Shown piece after piece: positions 19,843 to 30,415 of a stretch of DNA of 62,363 bases. The stretch comes from Planctomycetota bacterium (GTDB lineage: Bacteria; Planctomycetota; Phycisphaerae; UBA1845), in contig JAZDHF010000044.1 of NCBI GenBank assembly GCA_043806315.1, positions 1 through 62,363 on the forward strand, in the 5' to 3' direction. The position numbers were made by a program, and so were the translations under genes. The notes under the pieces are model-generated. The model worked only from the letters and a program-made list of their open reading frames with translations. It searched no databases and was not told the origin of the DNA. Within the stretch, counting starts at the first letter, position 1. Each line of letters opens with the position of its first letter.

Positions 19843-21615
19843 ATGAAGACACCCGTAATGGTTTCGTGGTTTCTGGCGACGACCGGGATCATGGGAATCG
19901 GGACGGCGGCCGGCGCCTTCGCCGACGAGACCTCGGATCGACCGGTCGTCCGCACGGAGCTTGGGACAAAGCTCGATGAATACCTGACTCGACTCGCCGA
20001 CTTGGGCTTTTCGGGCTCGGTTCTGGCGGCCAAGGACGGCTCGGTGATTCTGTCCAAGGGTTATGGTTTCGCGGATCGGCAGACGGGCAGGCCGGTCACG
20101 CCCGCGACCGTCCTTCCCATCGGCTCGATCACCAAGCAGTTCACCGGGGCGGCTATCCTCAAACTCGAAATGCAGGGGAAGCTCAAGGTTGAGGACCCGA
20201 TCACCAAGTTTTTCAAGGATGTGCCGCCCGACAAAGCCGGGATCACTTTGCATCAACTGCTGACGCATACGGCGGGGTTGGAGTGCGACTACGGCACGAG
20301 CGATTTCGAGGAGGTGTCGCGCGACGAAATCATTCAGCGGGCGATGAGCGGCCCGTTACGATCCGCGCCTGGCGGACAGCACCACTATTCCAACGCCGGG
20401 TATAGCCTGTTGGGGGCGATCGTTGAGCTCGTGTCCGGGCAGTCGTACGAAGCGTACCTGCGCGAGAACCTGTTCAAGCCGGCGGGGATGCCGGACACGG
20501 GATACAAGCTGCCCAACTGGAGTTCCGACCGAATCGCCCAAGGGTATCGGGGCGGAGAGCGTTGGGGCACGATCCTCGAGCGCCCTTGGGCGGCGGACGG
20601 GCCGTACTGGAACCTCCGCGCCAACGGGGGGATCCACTCGACGATCGGCGACATGTACAAGTGGCATCTCGCGTTGGAAGGTGACAGCGTCCTGTCAGCG
20701 GAGGCCAAGAAGAAGTACTTCGCCCCGCACGTCGACGAAGGCAGCGGCGACTCATTCTACGGCTACGGATGGGTGACCTGGACCGCTCCGCATCGACCGC
20801 GGGTCAGCCACAACGGGGGCGACGGAATCTTCATGGCCGACTTTCGCCGCTACAAGGACAACGGTGTGGTCATTCTCGGTATGAGCAACGACGCGGACCT
20901 GCACTTCATCCGCGTCGCTCCGCTCCTGGAACGGATCGTTTTCGGCGACGAGTACTCGATGCCGCCGAAGGTCGCCAAGATCGACCCGAAAGTCCTCGAT
21001 CGCTATGCGGGGACGTACGCCTTGTCGTCCGGGGGGAAGTTCGTCGCATCGGCCGAGGGATCCCGGCTCGCGCTCAGGCCCGACGGTCAAGACGCGTTCA
21101 GTCTGTTGTTCGCGGGCGAGCAAGTCGATCCCCAAGTGGCGGCGGATTTGAACGAGCGATCCGGACGGATCGTCCAAGAAGGCGCCAGGGGCAACTTTCG
21201 TCCCGTGCACGAGGCTTTCGGCGGGCGGATGCCGCTGGGGCGTATCGAGGCCATGGAGCGTGAGATGTGGGAGCAGCGGCGGCAGATGTTCGGCCGGTAC
21301 AAGGACTGCCAGGTCCTTGGCACCATCCCGGCTCGCGACGGGGTGCTGTCGACCACCGTCCGATTGGATTTCGCGGACCGTTCGGTCTTCAACAAGTTCC
21401 AATGGCGAAAGGGCGTCCTGGCGGGGATCGACGCCGAGCCGAACGCGGCCCCCGAAACGCTGGTGCCTCTTTCGGAGACCGAGTTCGTGTCCTTCGAACT
21501 CGGTTCGGGAATGAGCACTGAGATACGGTTCGAGGTCGGTGCGGACGGCCGGGCTACCGCGTTGACGTTGAAAGGGAAGACGGGGCCGGTTCGGGCCGCA
21601 AAGGCGCCGAACTAG
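19843..21615 (+). CDS. Secreted serine hydrolase, beta-lactamase/PBP (class C-like) family
   Basis: A signal-like N-terminus, SxxK in GSITKQF, a YxN motif in YSNAGY, and a long C-terminal extension. Confidence 0.8.
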   Translation: MKTPVMVSWFLATTGIMGIGTAAGAFADETSDRPVVRTELGTKLDEYLTRLADLGFSGSVLAAKDGSVILSKGYGFADRQTGRPVTPATVLPIGSITKQFTGAAILKLEMQGKLKVEDPITKFFKDVPPDKAGITLHQLLTHTAGLECDYGTSDFEEVSRDEIIQRAMSGPLRSAPGGQHHYSNAGYSLLGAIVELVSGQSYEAYLRENLFKPAGMPDTGYKLPNWSSDRIAQGYRGGERWGTILERPWAADGPYWNLRANGGIHSTIGDMYKWHLALEGDSVLSAEAKKKYFAPHVDEGSGDSFYGYGWVTWTAPHRPRVSHNGGDGIFMADFRRYKDNGVVILGMSNDADLHFIRVAPLLERIVFGDEYSMPPKVAKIDPKVLDRYAGTYALSSGGKFVASAEGSRLALRPDGQDAFSLLFAGEQVDPQVAADLNERSGRIVQEGARGNFRPVHEAFGGRMPLGRIEAMEREMWEQRRQMFGRYKDCQVLGTIPARDGVLSTTVRLDFADRSVFNKFQWRKGVLAGIDAEPNAAPETLVPLSETEFVSFELGSGMSTEIRFEVGADGRATALTLKGKTGPVRAAKAPN

Positions 21616-21646
21616 TGCCCCATCGCACCTAATTCTGCGAGTAGGT

Positions 21647-21700
21647 ATGGCCCAGCCGCCCTCGGCTGGGCCATAGGGCACAGCGGAGGGCCGCTGTGCC
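21647..21700 (+). terminator. Two tandem perfect GC hairpins after the hydrolase gene
   Basis: ATGGCCCAGCC-GCCCTC-GGCTGGGCCAT is an 11-bp stem and GGCACAGCGG-AGGG-CCGCTGTGCC is a 10-bp stem, starting about 32 nt after the stop. There is no U-tract, so this could be a REP rather than an intrinsic terminator. Confidence 0.4.
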
Positions 21701-21940
21701 ACAAAACACCGAACCCGGGGGTTTGGCTGCGACAGAGCACTAGGCATTCCGGCCGTGTGTTTCACCTCTTTTTTCGCAATGGCTCGCGTTTCGGGCCGGC
21801 TTGCCCACTGGTTGCAGCAGCTTGAGAACAATCGGATCTTCCGGCCGACGCAGCGTTACGTCGGGGGACACGACCAACCGTACGTCCCCATCACCGAACG
21901 CTAGGGGTTCGACGCACCTGCATCTTCGGGTCGGACGGGT

Positions 21941-21968
21941 CCGCGGGCTTGCGCCCGCGGCTCTGATC
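21941..21968. repeat. REP-like hairpin CCGCGGGCTTGCGCCCGCGG-CTCTGATC
   Basis: Perfect 8-bp stem with a TTGC loop. It belongs to the same family as 18833-18860. Confidence 0.65.
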
Positions 21969-22045
21969 GTTCGACTTCACGCGACGTTTCGTATGTGTTT
22001 GAAACGGTGACGGAGCACTCCTCTCGCTTCCTGACCGCCCGCGCG

Positions 22046-22051
22046 TATAAT
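22046..22051 (+). promoter_or_regulatory. Candidate -10 box (TATAAT) immediately upstream of secA
   Basis: A perfect TATAAT ends 10 nt before the secA ATG. No Shine-Dalgarno-like purine run lies in between and no convincing -35 is seen. Confidence 0.25.
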
Positions 22052-22061
22052 CGGCCCGATT

Positions 22062-25000
22062 ATGTCCGTCAGTGAACTGACTTCATCGGTGGTGAAGGGC
22101 GTCACCAACCTGCCGCGCAAGGTTTTCGGCTCGCGCAACGAACGCTTGCTGAAGGTTTATCAGCGTCAGGTCGGACCGATCAACGCCTTTGAACCCGAGC
22201 TACGCGGCGACTATGACGAACGATTCACCCGCCGCTGCGCCGAGGAGCGCATCGCGGAGCTGCCCGAGGAGGAGCGCGAACCCGCGACCCGGCGCATCCG
22301 CGTCGAACTCAGCGAGGATCTCCATCGGCGGACGGAGTCGCTCCGCGAGCGGACGTGGGAACACTATGGACCGCTCGAACGCTGGTGGCAGACGCTCACG
22401 CCCGCCCAACGGTTGGAACACTATTACCACGACGAATACCGCAAGCGCAACGCGAAGATCATCGAGACCCTGGACCGCGCGGGAGTCAATCAGGAGGGCT
22501 TCGCCGTCCTGCGTGAGGCCTCACGCCGCGCCCAGAACCACCGCCATTTCGACTGTCAACTCATCGGCGGTCGCGTCCTCTACGAGGGCAAGATCGCAGA
22601 GATGCGGACCGGCGAGGGCAAGACCATCGTCTGCCACCTTGCGGCCTTTCTCAACGTGCTCGCCAGCCGCAAAGTCCACATCATCACGGTCAACGACTAT
22701 CTCGTGAAACGCGACGCGGAGTTCGCCACGCCCATCTTCGAGTTGGTGGGCATGACCGTCGGATACATCCAGGCCCAGCTCGATCCCGGCGGGCGCGAAG
22801 GCATCCGCCAACATGCCTATGGTTGCAACATCACCTACGGCACGAACAGCGAGTTCGGGTTCGACTACCTGCGCGACAACATGAAGTCGGCGCTGGACGA
22901 ACAGGTCCAGGGGCCTCTCGACTACGTGATCGTCGACGAGGTGGACTCGATTCTGATCGACGAGGCCCGCACGCCCCTGATTATTTCCGGGCCGACGCAG
23001 GACGACGTGACCCGCTATCCGCGAGCGGACAAGGTCGCCGCGGAACTGGTCCGTCGGCAGGTGGCGTGGGATCGCCGCGTCATGGGCACGGTTGCGAAGT
23101 TCGACGGCGACGACCACAACATCCCCAAGCTGAAGGATGCCATGTCCATCCTGGGCTACAAGGAAAAAAAGGCCAAATCCGCCAAGGTCGCCGTCACCGT
23201 CCCACCGGATGACGCCGATGACCCGGCGGCGGAACCTTCGCCGGAAAGCCAAGCCACGCTCGGTCCCGACTTTCTGACCGACGATCAGGTCGAGGCCATT
23301 CAATATTATGAGGCCGAGCACCTCAAGGTCCCCCAGCCGGAGCAGTATCGGCGGTTCTTCATTGTCCAGATGGAACGCAAGCAGGCCGCCGTGACGCACG
23401 ACGGCGTCACCATCGCCCAGGAATTGCTGGATGTGGGGAGCCTCTACGGCGGGGCGAACATGGAATGGCCTCATCTCATCGAAAACTCCCTTCGTGCCCA
23501 CAAGGTGTACCTGCGCGATAAGGATTACGTCGTCCAGAACGGTCAGATCATCATCGTGGATCCCTTCACCGGCCGTCTGATGCACGGTCGGCAGTGGTCC
23601 GACGGACTGCACCAGTCCGTGGAGGCCAAGGAAGGCGTCCGCGTCAAAGAGGAGACCCAGACCCTCGCCACCATCACCATCCAGAACTTCGTCAAGCTCT
23701 ATCGCATCCGGGCGGGCATGACCGGAACCGCCCTCACCGAGGCCAACGAGTTCGACAAGATCTACAAGCTCGACGTGGTCGAAATTCCCACCAATCGCCC
23801 CATCAACCGCGTCGATCACAACGACAAGATGTACCGCGACGCCGAGCAGAAGTACGGCGCCATCGTTGAGGAAATCTTCGAGATGCACCGCCGCGGCCGA
23901 CCGGCGGACCCCTTCCTGCTCGCCGACGTCTTTCGGGCGATAAGGCCGATTCTGGAACGTCAAGGCAAAGAGACCGCCAAGGTGGATGAGGCCCTGCGCC
24001 GCTTCAACTCGGCCGAGTACGGCGACAAGAAAGTCATCGGCTTCATGCTCGACACCTACGACGAGGTGATGGGCGACCTCGCCCGCGGGCGCCCGATCCT
24101 GGTGGGCACGACCAGCGTCGAAAACTCGGAGAAGCTCTCTCGCCTTCTCGAACACCGCTACGGGATCGAGCACGAGGTGCTCAACGCCAAGAACCACGCC
24201 CGCGAGGCGGAGATCGTCGCCAAGGCGGGGTTTTGCTCGCTGCCGGTGCTGGGCAACGACAAGACGCTCCGCGGCCACGTCACGATCGCCACGAATATGG
24301 CCGGTCGGGGTACGGACATCAAGCTCGGCCCCGGCGTCGTCTATGCCAAGTGCAAGGTGCCGGATAAGCTACCGGACGGCGCTAGGCACAGTCCCTTGTT
24401 CCCCTCCGGCGTCACGAAATGCTGCGTACACTGCGAGGAGTACGACCCGGCCACCAACTGTGCCCATTGCTACAAACCCAAGATCGACCCGCGTTTCCCG
24501 GCCCTGGGTCGCAAGGTTTGCACGGTCGCCGTCCCCTGCGGGCTGCACATCATCGGCACCGAGCGGCACGAGGCCCGCCGCATTGACAATCAGCTTCGCG
24601 GTCGATCGGGCCGGCAGGGCGACCCCGGCTCATCGCGGTTCTCCCTCTCCTTGCAGGACGATCTGCTCAAGCTGTTCATGTCCGACTGGATGCTGAAGAT
24701 GATGGAGCGCCTGGGCTTCACCGAGGGCACGAGTCTGGAGGACAAGCGGCTCAACAAAGGCATCGAGCGCGCCCAACGGAAGGTCGAGGAGCGCAACTTC
24801 TCCACCCGCAAGCACCTTCTCGAATGGGACGAGCCGATGGACTTCCAACGGAAGGAGTTCTACACGGCTCGGCAACGCATCCTGGAGGAGCGCGATCTCC
24901 CCGAGCTGATCCTCGCCACCATCGACAACGCCATCGACACCACGCTCAAGCAATACCTCAGCGGGCGCTACAACCGGGCCTGCATCGTCGAGTGGTGCCG

Positions 25001-26315
25001 CACGCACCTCGACCTGACCCTCGACGAAGACGCGATCGACATGAACTACCTGGAGTCCGCTCAGGCCAGCATCCGCACCAAGGCCAAAGACGAAGCCTAC
25101 GACATGATCCGCACCTCCCTCGGCGAGTACATCGACGCCGAAGAGCCGCCGAGCGAATGGGACGTGGGCGGATTGCTGCAATGGGCGCGGCGGGTCTTCA
25201 AGCTCTCCACGCTCACCCAAAACCAACTTCGAAAGATGGAACCGCGTGATATCGAGGACGTCATCTGCAAAGCCGCCGAAGCCCTCTACGACGACGTGGA
25301 CCTGTCCGGCATCGCCATGTACCTCGATCCGCAATATCCCTATCGCGCCCTCAGCGAATGGGCCCGCACCAAGTTCAACATCAAGGTCGAGATGGAGGAG
25401 TTGCTCGACCGTCCGCAAGAGGAAATCCGTGAGCTGTTCGACCGCCGCGTTCGAGAGGCCTATCGCCAACGGGAGATCGTCTACCCCGTCGAGTGGTGCC
25501 TGGAACGGGCATTGGCCGGGGAGACGGCCGACAATGCCGCCGCCGCGGCGGCGATCGCCGCTTGGGCCAACGGAAAGTTCAACGTCGAATGGAAACTGGA
25601 GGATGTCCAAAGTCAGTCGCCCGCCGAATTGCACGAGACCCTGGTCAAGCTCAACGAGGAGTTTTTGAACGGGCGGCTTGATCGCGAGATCGAACAGGGC
25701 ATTGCCGGCAAGGAGCGCGAGCCCGCCGTGGAATGGGCCAAGAACCGCTTCGGACGCGCGTGGAACCAACAGCGTTTTGATCGCTTCAATGGCGAGCTCA
25801 AGGACGCATTGCTCGCCCAGGGCCGTGAGATGTTGCGCTGGGAGCTCACCCGCCTCGAACAGTTCGTCCTCCTGCGTATTTACGACCAGGCCTGGAAAGA
25901 TCACCTGCTGGAAATGGACCACCTCAAGACCGCGATCATGCAGCGCCCCCTCGGCGGCGACCAGACCCATCCCCAAAGCCAGTACGCCATCGAGGGCCGC
26001 GACCTCTTCACCCAGATGTGGGGGCGCATCGCCGGCCGCGTCACCGATATCGTCTTCAAGGTCCGCGCGACCGCCGGACCCGAAGGCGACGGTCGAGGCG
26101 AGGCCCAACCCGGACCGCGGGCGCTGGCTTTCAGGCACGCCGACGCCACCGGCGCCGGGTTTACCTCCGCCGACCAGCAAGCAGCCATGCGCGCCCAGGG
26201 CGTCGAGGGCAAAGTCGAAACCATCCGCCGCGAACAACCCAAGGTCGGCCGCAATGCTCCCTGCCCCTGCGGCAGCGGCAAGAAGTTCAAGCAATGCCAC
26301 GGCAAAGGAAACTAG
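22062..26315 (+). CDS. secA: Preprotein translocase ATPase SecA (unusually long, 1417 aa)
   Basis: Walker A MRTGEGKT, then [28 protein letters not shown] and [29 protein letters not shown]. The C-terminal zinc motif is [14 protein letters not shown]. Confidence 0.95.
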   Translation: MSVSELTSSVVKGVTNLPRKVFGSRNERLLKVYQRQVGPINAFEPELRGDYDERFTRRCAEERIAELPEEEREPATRRIRVELSEDLHRRTESLRERTWEHYGPLERWWQTLTPAQRLEHYYHDEYRKRNAKIIETLDRAGVNQEGFAVLREASRRAQNHRHFDCQLIGGRVLYEGKIAEMRTGEGKTIVCHLAAFLNVLASRKVHIITVNDYLVKRDAEFATPIFELVGMTVGYIQAQLDPGGREGIRQHAYGCNITYGTNSEFGFDYLRDNMKSALDEQVQGPLDYVIVDEVDSILIDEARTPLIISGPTQDDVTRYPRADKVAAELVRRQVAWDRRVMGTVAKFDGDDHNIPKLKDAMSILGYKEKKAKSAKVAVTVPPDDADDPAAEPSPESQATLGPDFLTDDQVEAIQYYEAEHLKVPQPEQYRRFFIVQMERKQAAVTHDGVTIAQELLDVGSLYGGANMEWPHLIENSLRAHKVYLRDKDYVVQNGQIIIVDPFTGRLMHGRQWSDGLHQSVEAKEGVRVKEETQTLATITIQNFVKLYRIRAGMTGTALTEANEFDKIYKLDVVEIPTNRPINRVDHNDKMYRDAEQKYGAIVEEIFEMHRRGRPADPFLLADVFRAIRPILERQGKETAKVDEALRRFNSAEYGDKKVIGFMLDTYDEVMGDLARGRPILVGTTSVENSEKLSRLLEHRYGIEHEVLNAKNHAREAEIVAKAGFCSLPVLGNDKTLRGHVTIATNMAGRGTDIKLGPGVVYAKCKVPDKLPDGARHSPLFPSGVTKCCVHCEEYDPATNCAHCYKPKIDPRFPALGRKVCTVAVPCGLHIIGTERHEARRIDNQLRGRSGRQGDPGSSRFSLSLQDDLLKLFMSDWMLKMMERLGFTEGTSLEDKRLNKGIERAQRKVEERNFSTRKHLLEWDEPMDFQRKEFYTARQRILEERDLPELILATIDNAIDTTLKQYLSGRYNRACIVEWCRTHLDLTLDEDAIDMNYLESAQASIRTKAKDEAYDMIRTSLGEYIDAEEPPSEWDVGGLLQWARRVFKLSTLTQNQLRKMEPRDIEDVICKAAEALYDDVDLSGIAMYLDPQYPYRALSEWARTKFNIKVEMEELLDRPQEEIRELFDRRVREAYRQREIVYPVEWCLERALAGETADNAAAAAAIAAWANGKFNVEWKLEDVQSQSPAELHETLVKLNEEFLNGRLDREIEQGIAGKEREPAVEWAKNRFGRAWNQQRFDRFNGELKDALLAQGREMLRWELTRLEQFVLLRIYDQAWKDHLLEMDHLKTAIMQRPLGGDQTHPQSQYAIEGRDLFTQMWGRIAGRVTDIVFKVRATAGPEGDGRGEAQPGPRALAFRHADATGAGFTSADQQAAMRAQGVEGKVETIRREQPKVGRNAPCPCGSGKKFKQCHGKGN

Positions 26316-26316
26316 G

Positions 26317-26428
26317 GAATTACGAATTACAAATTACGAATTACGAAGCAGGTGTCTTTCCCTCCGCCGCCCGGCACTCAGGCTCCGCTTTCGTAATTTG
26401 TAATTCGTAATTTGTAATTCGTAATTCG
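26317..26428. repeat. Heptad-built palindrome (AATTACG/AATTACA)n ... (CGTAATT/TGTAATT)n
   Basis: The left arm is GAATTAC GAATTAC AAATTAC GAATTAC GAA (26317-26347). The right arm is its complement with one extra heptad (26390-26428). The spacer is about 42 nt and the element fills the secA-oxoprolinase intergenic region. It is probably a terminator or REP. Confidence 0.8.
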
Positions 26429-26434
26429 TTTCGT

Positions 26435-29400
26435 ATGCGCGAAGCGGCGTGGCAGTTCTTCATCGACGTGGGCGGCACGTTCACGGACATCGTCGCCCGC
26501 CGCCCCGACGGGGAGTTGGTTACCTACAAGCTTCTTAGCTCCGGCGTCATCCGCGGCCAGTGCGGGGAAGGTTCGACCACCGACTGCATCATCGACTCCC
26601 GCCGCATCGGCGAACCCGACGACCTCTGGGTCGGATATCGAGTAACCGTTCTCGATGTCGTGCATCAGAGCCGGGAGCGCAAGCGACCGGTTTCCTCCTC
26701 GACGAACGTTGCGCGTTTCGATCCGCGTACCGGTCGCCTCCACGTGGACCCGTTCCTGGAGGTCCCTCCCTCAGTCGCCATGTCCTACGAGCTTGAATCC
26801 GACGAGGAAGCCCCGGTCGTCGCGATTCGTTTACTCATGGACCTGAAGCTCACCGACACCATCGGTGAGATCGACGTGCGTCTGGGCACCACCCGCGCCA
26901 CCAACGCCCTGCTGGAACGCAAAGGAGCGAACGTCGCTTTCATCACCACCAAGGGCTTCGGCGACATCCTCAAGATCGGTTATCAGGATCGACCGTCGTT
27001 GTTCGAACTGAACATCCGCAAGCGCGAGGAACTTGCCCAATCGGTCATCGAAATCGACGAGCGACTTTCCGCCGGCGGCGAAGTCCTGCGCACGCCTGAC
27101 GCACGGGTCGTCCGCCGCCAACTCGAAGAAGCGAAGGCCTCCGGGGTCGAAGCCGTCGCGATTTGCTTCCTCCATTCGCACGTCAATCCGATCCACGAAG
27201 AACTCGTCGCGGGCATCGCCGAATCCGTCGGGTTTTCGCACGTTTCCGTCTCCTCGCGCTTGATGCGTCTCGAACGGATAGTGCCGCGCGGCGACACCAC
27301 CGTCGTCGACGCCTACCTCAGCGGGGTCACCCGCTCGTACGTCGCCTCGCTCCGCCGCTCTATGCCGCAGGCCCGCATCCGCCTGATGACCAGCAGCGGC
27401 GGGCTCATCGACGCCGCCCTCGCGTCCGGCAAGGACACGATCCTCAGCGGTCCGGCGGGCGGCGCCGTCGGCTGTGCCCACGTGACGTACGCGGCGGGCT
27501 TTGACCGTGCCATCGGCTTTGACATGGGGGGCACCAGCACCGACGTCTGCCGCATCGAACCGCCGCCGGACTCCTTCGAGTATCAGCACGAAACAGTCAA
27601 AGCCGGTGTCAGAATCATGGCACCGATGATCGCGGTGGAGACCGTCGCCGCGGGCGGCGGCAGTATCTGCGCCTTCGACGGGCAGAAGCTCACCGTCGGC
27701 CCGCACAGCGCCGGCGCCGACCCCGGTCCCGCCTGCTACGGCCGAGGCGGACCGCTCACCATCACCGATATGAATCTGGCGCTCGGGCGCATCGTGGCCG
27801 ATCACTTTCCCTTCCGCCTGGACCGCGAGATCGTCCAGCGCCGTCTGGCGGGTCTCTGTGCCGAAGTCAACGCCGCGACCGGCTCATCGCTTTCTCCTTT
27901 CGAACTGGCCGACGGCTTCATCAAGATCGCCAACGCCAACATGGCCGCCGCCATCAAGCGGATTTCCCTCGCCAAGGGCTATGATCCCGCACATTACGTC
28001 CTGACAACCTTCGGCGGCGCCGGCGCGCAGCACGCCTGCGCCCTCGCCCGGACGCTGGGCATCACACGGATCCTCTGCAGTCCCTTCGCCGGAGTTCTCA
28101 GTGCCCTGGGGCTGGGCGTGGCCGACGTGAAGCGCATCGGCCAGCGAAGCGTCCATGTCCGGCTCGACGCCGAATCGACACGCGTTCTTGAGCCGGTGTT
28201 CCAGGCGATCGCGGAGGAACTTCGTCGTTCGCTGATCGAGGAGGAGATTGCGTCAGCGGCGACGGGACCGGCGGCACGAGCAATGGATGTCTGTTACGTC
28301 GGGCAAGCGAGTCTGATTACGGTTCCGGCCGCGCCCTCCGACCAGACGCGCGAGCGCTTCGAGCATCTTCATCGACAGCTTTACGGCTACTGTCACGAGG
28401 GGCGAGATATTGACATCCGCGTAGTGCGCGTCGAGTTGACCGCGCGTTCGGAGCGCGAGAGTCCGCGCGGGCTGCGCCCCGCGACTCGGGGGCGCGACCG
28501 AACGGCGCCCGCAGATTGGGTCGAGCATGAAATGGTCGTCAAGGGAATCCGCCGACCGGTACGCCTCTATCTTCGCGGACGGCTTTCACCGGGAGATCGG
28601 TTGCTCGGCCCGGCCATTGTGATTGAGGACACCAGTACGATCGTGGTGGACCCCGGTTGGGAGGCCACGGTGACCGATGCCGGTGACATCCTGCTCACCG
28701 ACGCCGCGACCGCGACGGACGATGAAGTGGTTTCCGCCCGCGTCGATCCCATCCGCCTCGAACTGTTCCACAACCAGTTCGCCGCAGTGGCCGAGCAGAT
28801 GGGCGCGACCCTGCGACGAACGGCGCTTTCGGTAAACGTCAAGGAGCGGCTGGACTTTTCCTGCGCCGTCTTTACCCCCGGCGGCGATCTGGTCGCCAAT
28901 GCCCCGCACATTCCCGTGCATCTCGGCGGAATGAGCGACTGCATCAAGGCATTGATGCAGGATGTCGCGGCGTTCGAGCCCGGCGACGTGTACATCACCA
29001 ACGATCCCTTCCGCGGCGGTTCGCATCTCAATGACGTCACAGTGATCACGCCGACCCACGATGATCGCGGCGAGCGTATCTTGTTTTTCGTCGCCAGTCG
29101 CGCCCACCACGCGGAGATCGGCGGCACCCGGCCCGGCTCCATGCCGCCCGACTCGACTTGCCTCGCCCACGAGGGCGTTCTGATCCGCGCGTTCCGTTGG
29201 ATCGTGGACGGGAAGCCGCAACAGGAACGTCTACGAGCGTTGCTCACTGCGCCTCCGTATCCGTCACGTACGCCGGACGAGAATCTCGCGGACATCGCCG
29301 CCCAAGTCGCGGCCAACCAAAGGGGCGTGCACGGTTTGATGGAAATGGTCGCCCGCTACGGCGTCGATGTGGTTCACGGTTACATGCACCATATCCAAGA

Positions 29401-30340
29401 CGCGGCCGAGCGGAAGATGCGATCCGCGATCCGCAAACTGCCCGAAGGCGTGCATCGGTTTGAGGACCGGCTGGACGACGGCTCGGCGATCCGGCTGGCA
29501 GTCGCGGTCGAGGGCGACTGCGCCACACTCGACTTCACCGGCACCGGCCCCGTGCTCAAGGGCAATCTCAACGCCAACCGGGCGATCGTCACGAGTGCGG
29601 TGCTCTACTGCCTCCGGTGTCTGATCGACGAGGACATTCCCCTCAACAGCGGCGTACTCGCCCCAATTACGGTCATCTTGCCGGAATGTTTCTTGAATCC
29701 GCGGGGTTCGCCCGATCCGTTGCAGTGTCCGGCCGTCGTCGGCGGCAACGTCGAGACCTCCCAACGGGTGGTCGATTGCATCTTCGGGGCGTTGGGCACT
29801 GTGGCCGCCGGCCAGGGTACGATGAACAATGTACTGATGGGCAACGAGCGATTCGGGTACTATGAGACAATCTGCGGCGGAGCCGGCGCAGGACCGGGCT
29901 TCGACGGCGCGGATGCGGTGCACACGCACATGACGAATACACGGCTCACCGACCCGGAAGTCCTCGAATCGCGGTATCCGGTGCGCCTGGTGCGTTTTGC
30001 CATCCGCCGAGGATCGGGCGGGGCCGGGCGATACCGCGGCGGATGCGGAGTCATTCGGGAGATCGAGTTCTTGGAGCCGCTGGAAGTGTCGATCATCAGT
30101 CAGCGTCGTACCACCGCGCCGTATGGATTGCACGGCGGCGGCGACGGCCAACGCGGGCGAAACATACTCCGTCGAGTGGGAACTGACGCCGATGTGGAAC
30201 TTCCGCCGATCGTTAGTATTTCCGTTCATGCGGGCGACCGATTGACTATCGAGACCCCGGGCGGCGGCGCATGGGGGAAAGTGAAGTTCGAGGCTCGGAG
30301 TGCGAAGTGCGAAAGAGACCTTTTGAACTTTGAACTTTGA
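26435..30340 (+). CDS. Fused hydantoinase A/B family enzyme (5-oxoprolinase-type, ATP-hydrolysing)
   Basis: 1301 aa. The HyuA-like N-terminus is [16 protein letters not shown] and the HyuB-like half starts around [20 protein letters not shown]. The overall size and architecture match eukaryote-type 5-oxoprolinases. Confidence 0.85.
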   Translation: MREAAWQFFIDVGGTFTDIVARRPDGELVTYKLLSSGVIRGQCGEGSTTDCIIDSRRIGEPDDLWVGYRVTVLDVVHQSRERKRPVSSSTNVARFDPRTGRLHVDPFLEVPPSVAMSYELESDEEAPVVAIRLLMDLKLTDTIGEIDVRLGTTRATNALLERKGANVAFITTKGFGDILKIGYQDRPSLFELNIRKREELAQSVIEIDERLSAGGEVLRTPDARVVRRQLEEAKASGVEAVAICFLHSHVNPIHEELVAGIAESVGFSHVSVSSRLMRLERIVPRGDTTVVDAYLSGVTRSYVASLRRSMPQARIRLMTSSGGLIDAALASGKDTILSGPAGGAVGCAHVTYAAGFDRAIGFDMGGTSTDVCRIEPPPDSFEYQHETVKAGVRIMAPMIAVETVAAGGGSICAFDGQKLTVGPHSAGADPGPACYGRGGPLTITDMNLALGRIVADHFPFRLDREIVQRRLAGLCAEVNAATGSSLSPFELADGFIKIANANMAAAIKRISLAKGYDPAHYVLTTFGGAGAQHACALARTLGITRILCSPFAGVLSALGLGVADVKRIGQRSVHVRLDAESTRVLEPVFQAIAEELRRSLIEEEIASAATGPAARAMDVCYVGQASLITVPAAPSDQTRERFEHLHRQLYGYCHEGRDIDIRVVRVELTARSERESPRGLRPATRGRDRTAPADWVEHEMVVKGIRRPVRLYLRGRLSPGDRLLGPAIVIEDTSTIVVDPGWEATVTDAGDILLTDAATATDDEVVSARVDPIRLELFHNQFAAVAEQMGATLRRTALSVNVKERLDFSCAVFTPGGDLVANAPHIPVHLGGMSDCIKALMQDVAAFEPGDVYITNDPFRGGSHLNDVTVITPTHDDRGERILFFVASRAHHAEIGGTRPGSMPPDSTCLAHEGVLIRAFRWIVDGKPQQERLRALLTAPPYPSRTPDENLADIAAQVAANQRGVHGLMEMVARYGVDVVHGYMHHIQDAAERKMRSAIRKLPEGVHRFEDRLDDGSAIRLAVAVEGDCATLDFTGTGPVLKGNLNANRAIVTSAVLYCLRCLIDEDIPLNSGVLAPITVILPECFLNPRGSPDPLQCPAVVGGNVETSQRVVDCIFGALGTVAAGQGTMNNVLMGNERFGYYETICGGAGAGPGFDGADAVHTHMTNTRLTDPEVLESRYPVRLVRFAIRRGSGGAGRYRGGCGVIREIEFLEPLEVSIISQRRTTAPYGLHGGGDGQRGRNILRRVGTDADVELPPIVSISVHAGDRLTIETPGGGAWGKVKFEARSAKCERDLLNFEL

Positions 30341-30343
30341 ACT
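30299..30343. repeat. Short heptad tandem repeats (AGTGCGA x2; TTGAACT x3) spanning the stop codon
   Basis: AGTGCGAAGTGCGA (30299-30312) and TTGAACTTTGAACTTTGAACT (30323-30343). They encode the last residues (..[13 protein letters not shown]) and the stop of the upstream gene. Confidence 0.7.
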
Positions 30344-30415
30344 TCGACGTAGTTTGTGAGGGTTGGCGAAAACATCAGACGGACGCATCGCCTCGTGAAC
30401 CCGCGCATCACATCC

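Noticed and set aside
22521-26300. Two long minus-strand ORFs (585 aa and 556 aa)
   Set aside because: Both are antisense to secA. Their low-complexity Gly/Leu/Val/Asp-rich translations have no domain signatures.
26317-26428. Possibility that the AATTACG repeats (and those at 60868-60958) are a CRISPR array
   Set aside because: The units are 7 nt and directly abutting, with no spacers. The two halves are mutually complementary, and no cas genes are present. This is a palindromic heptad repeat, not a CRISPR.
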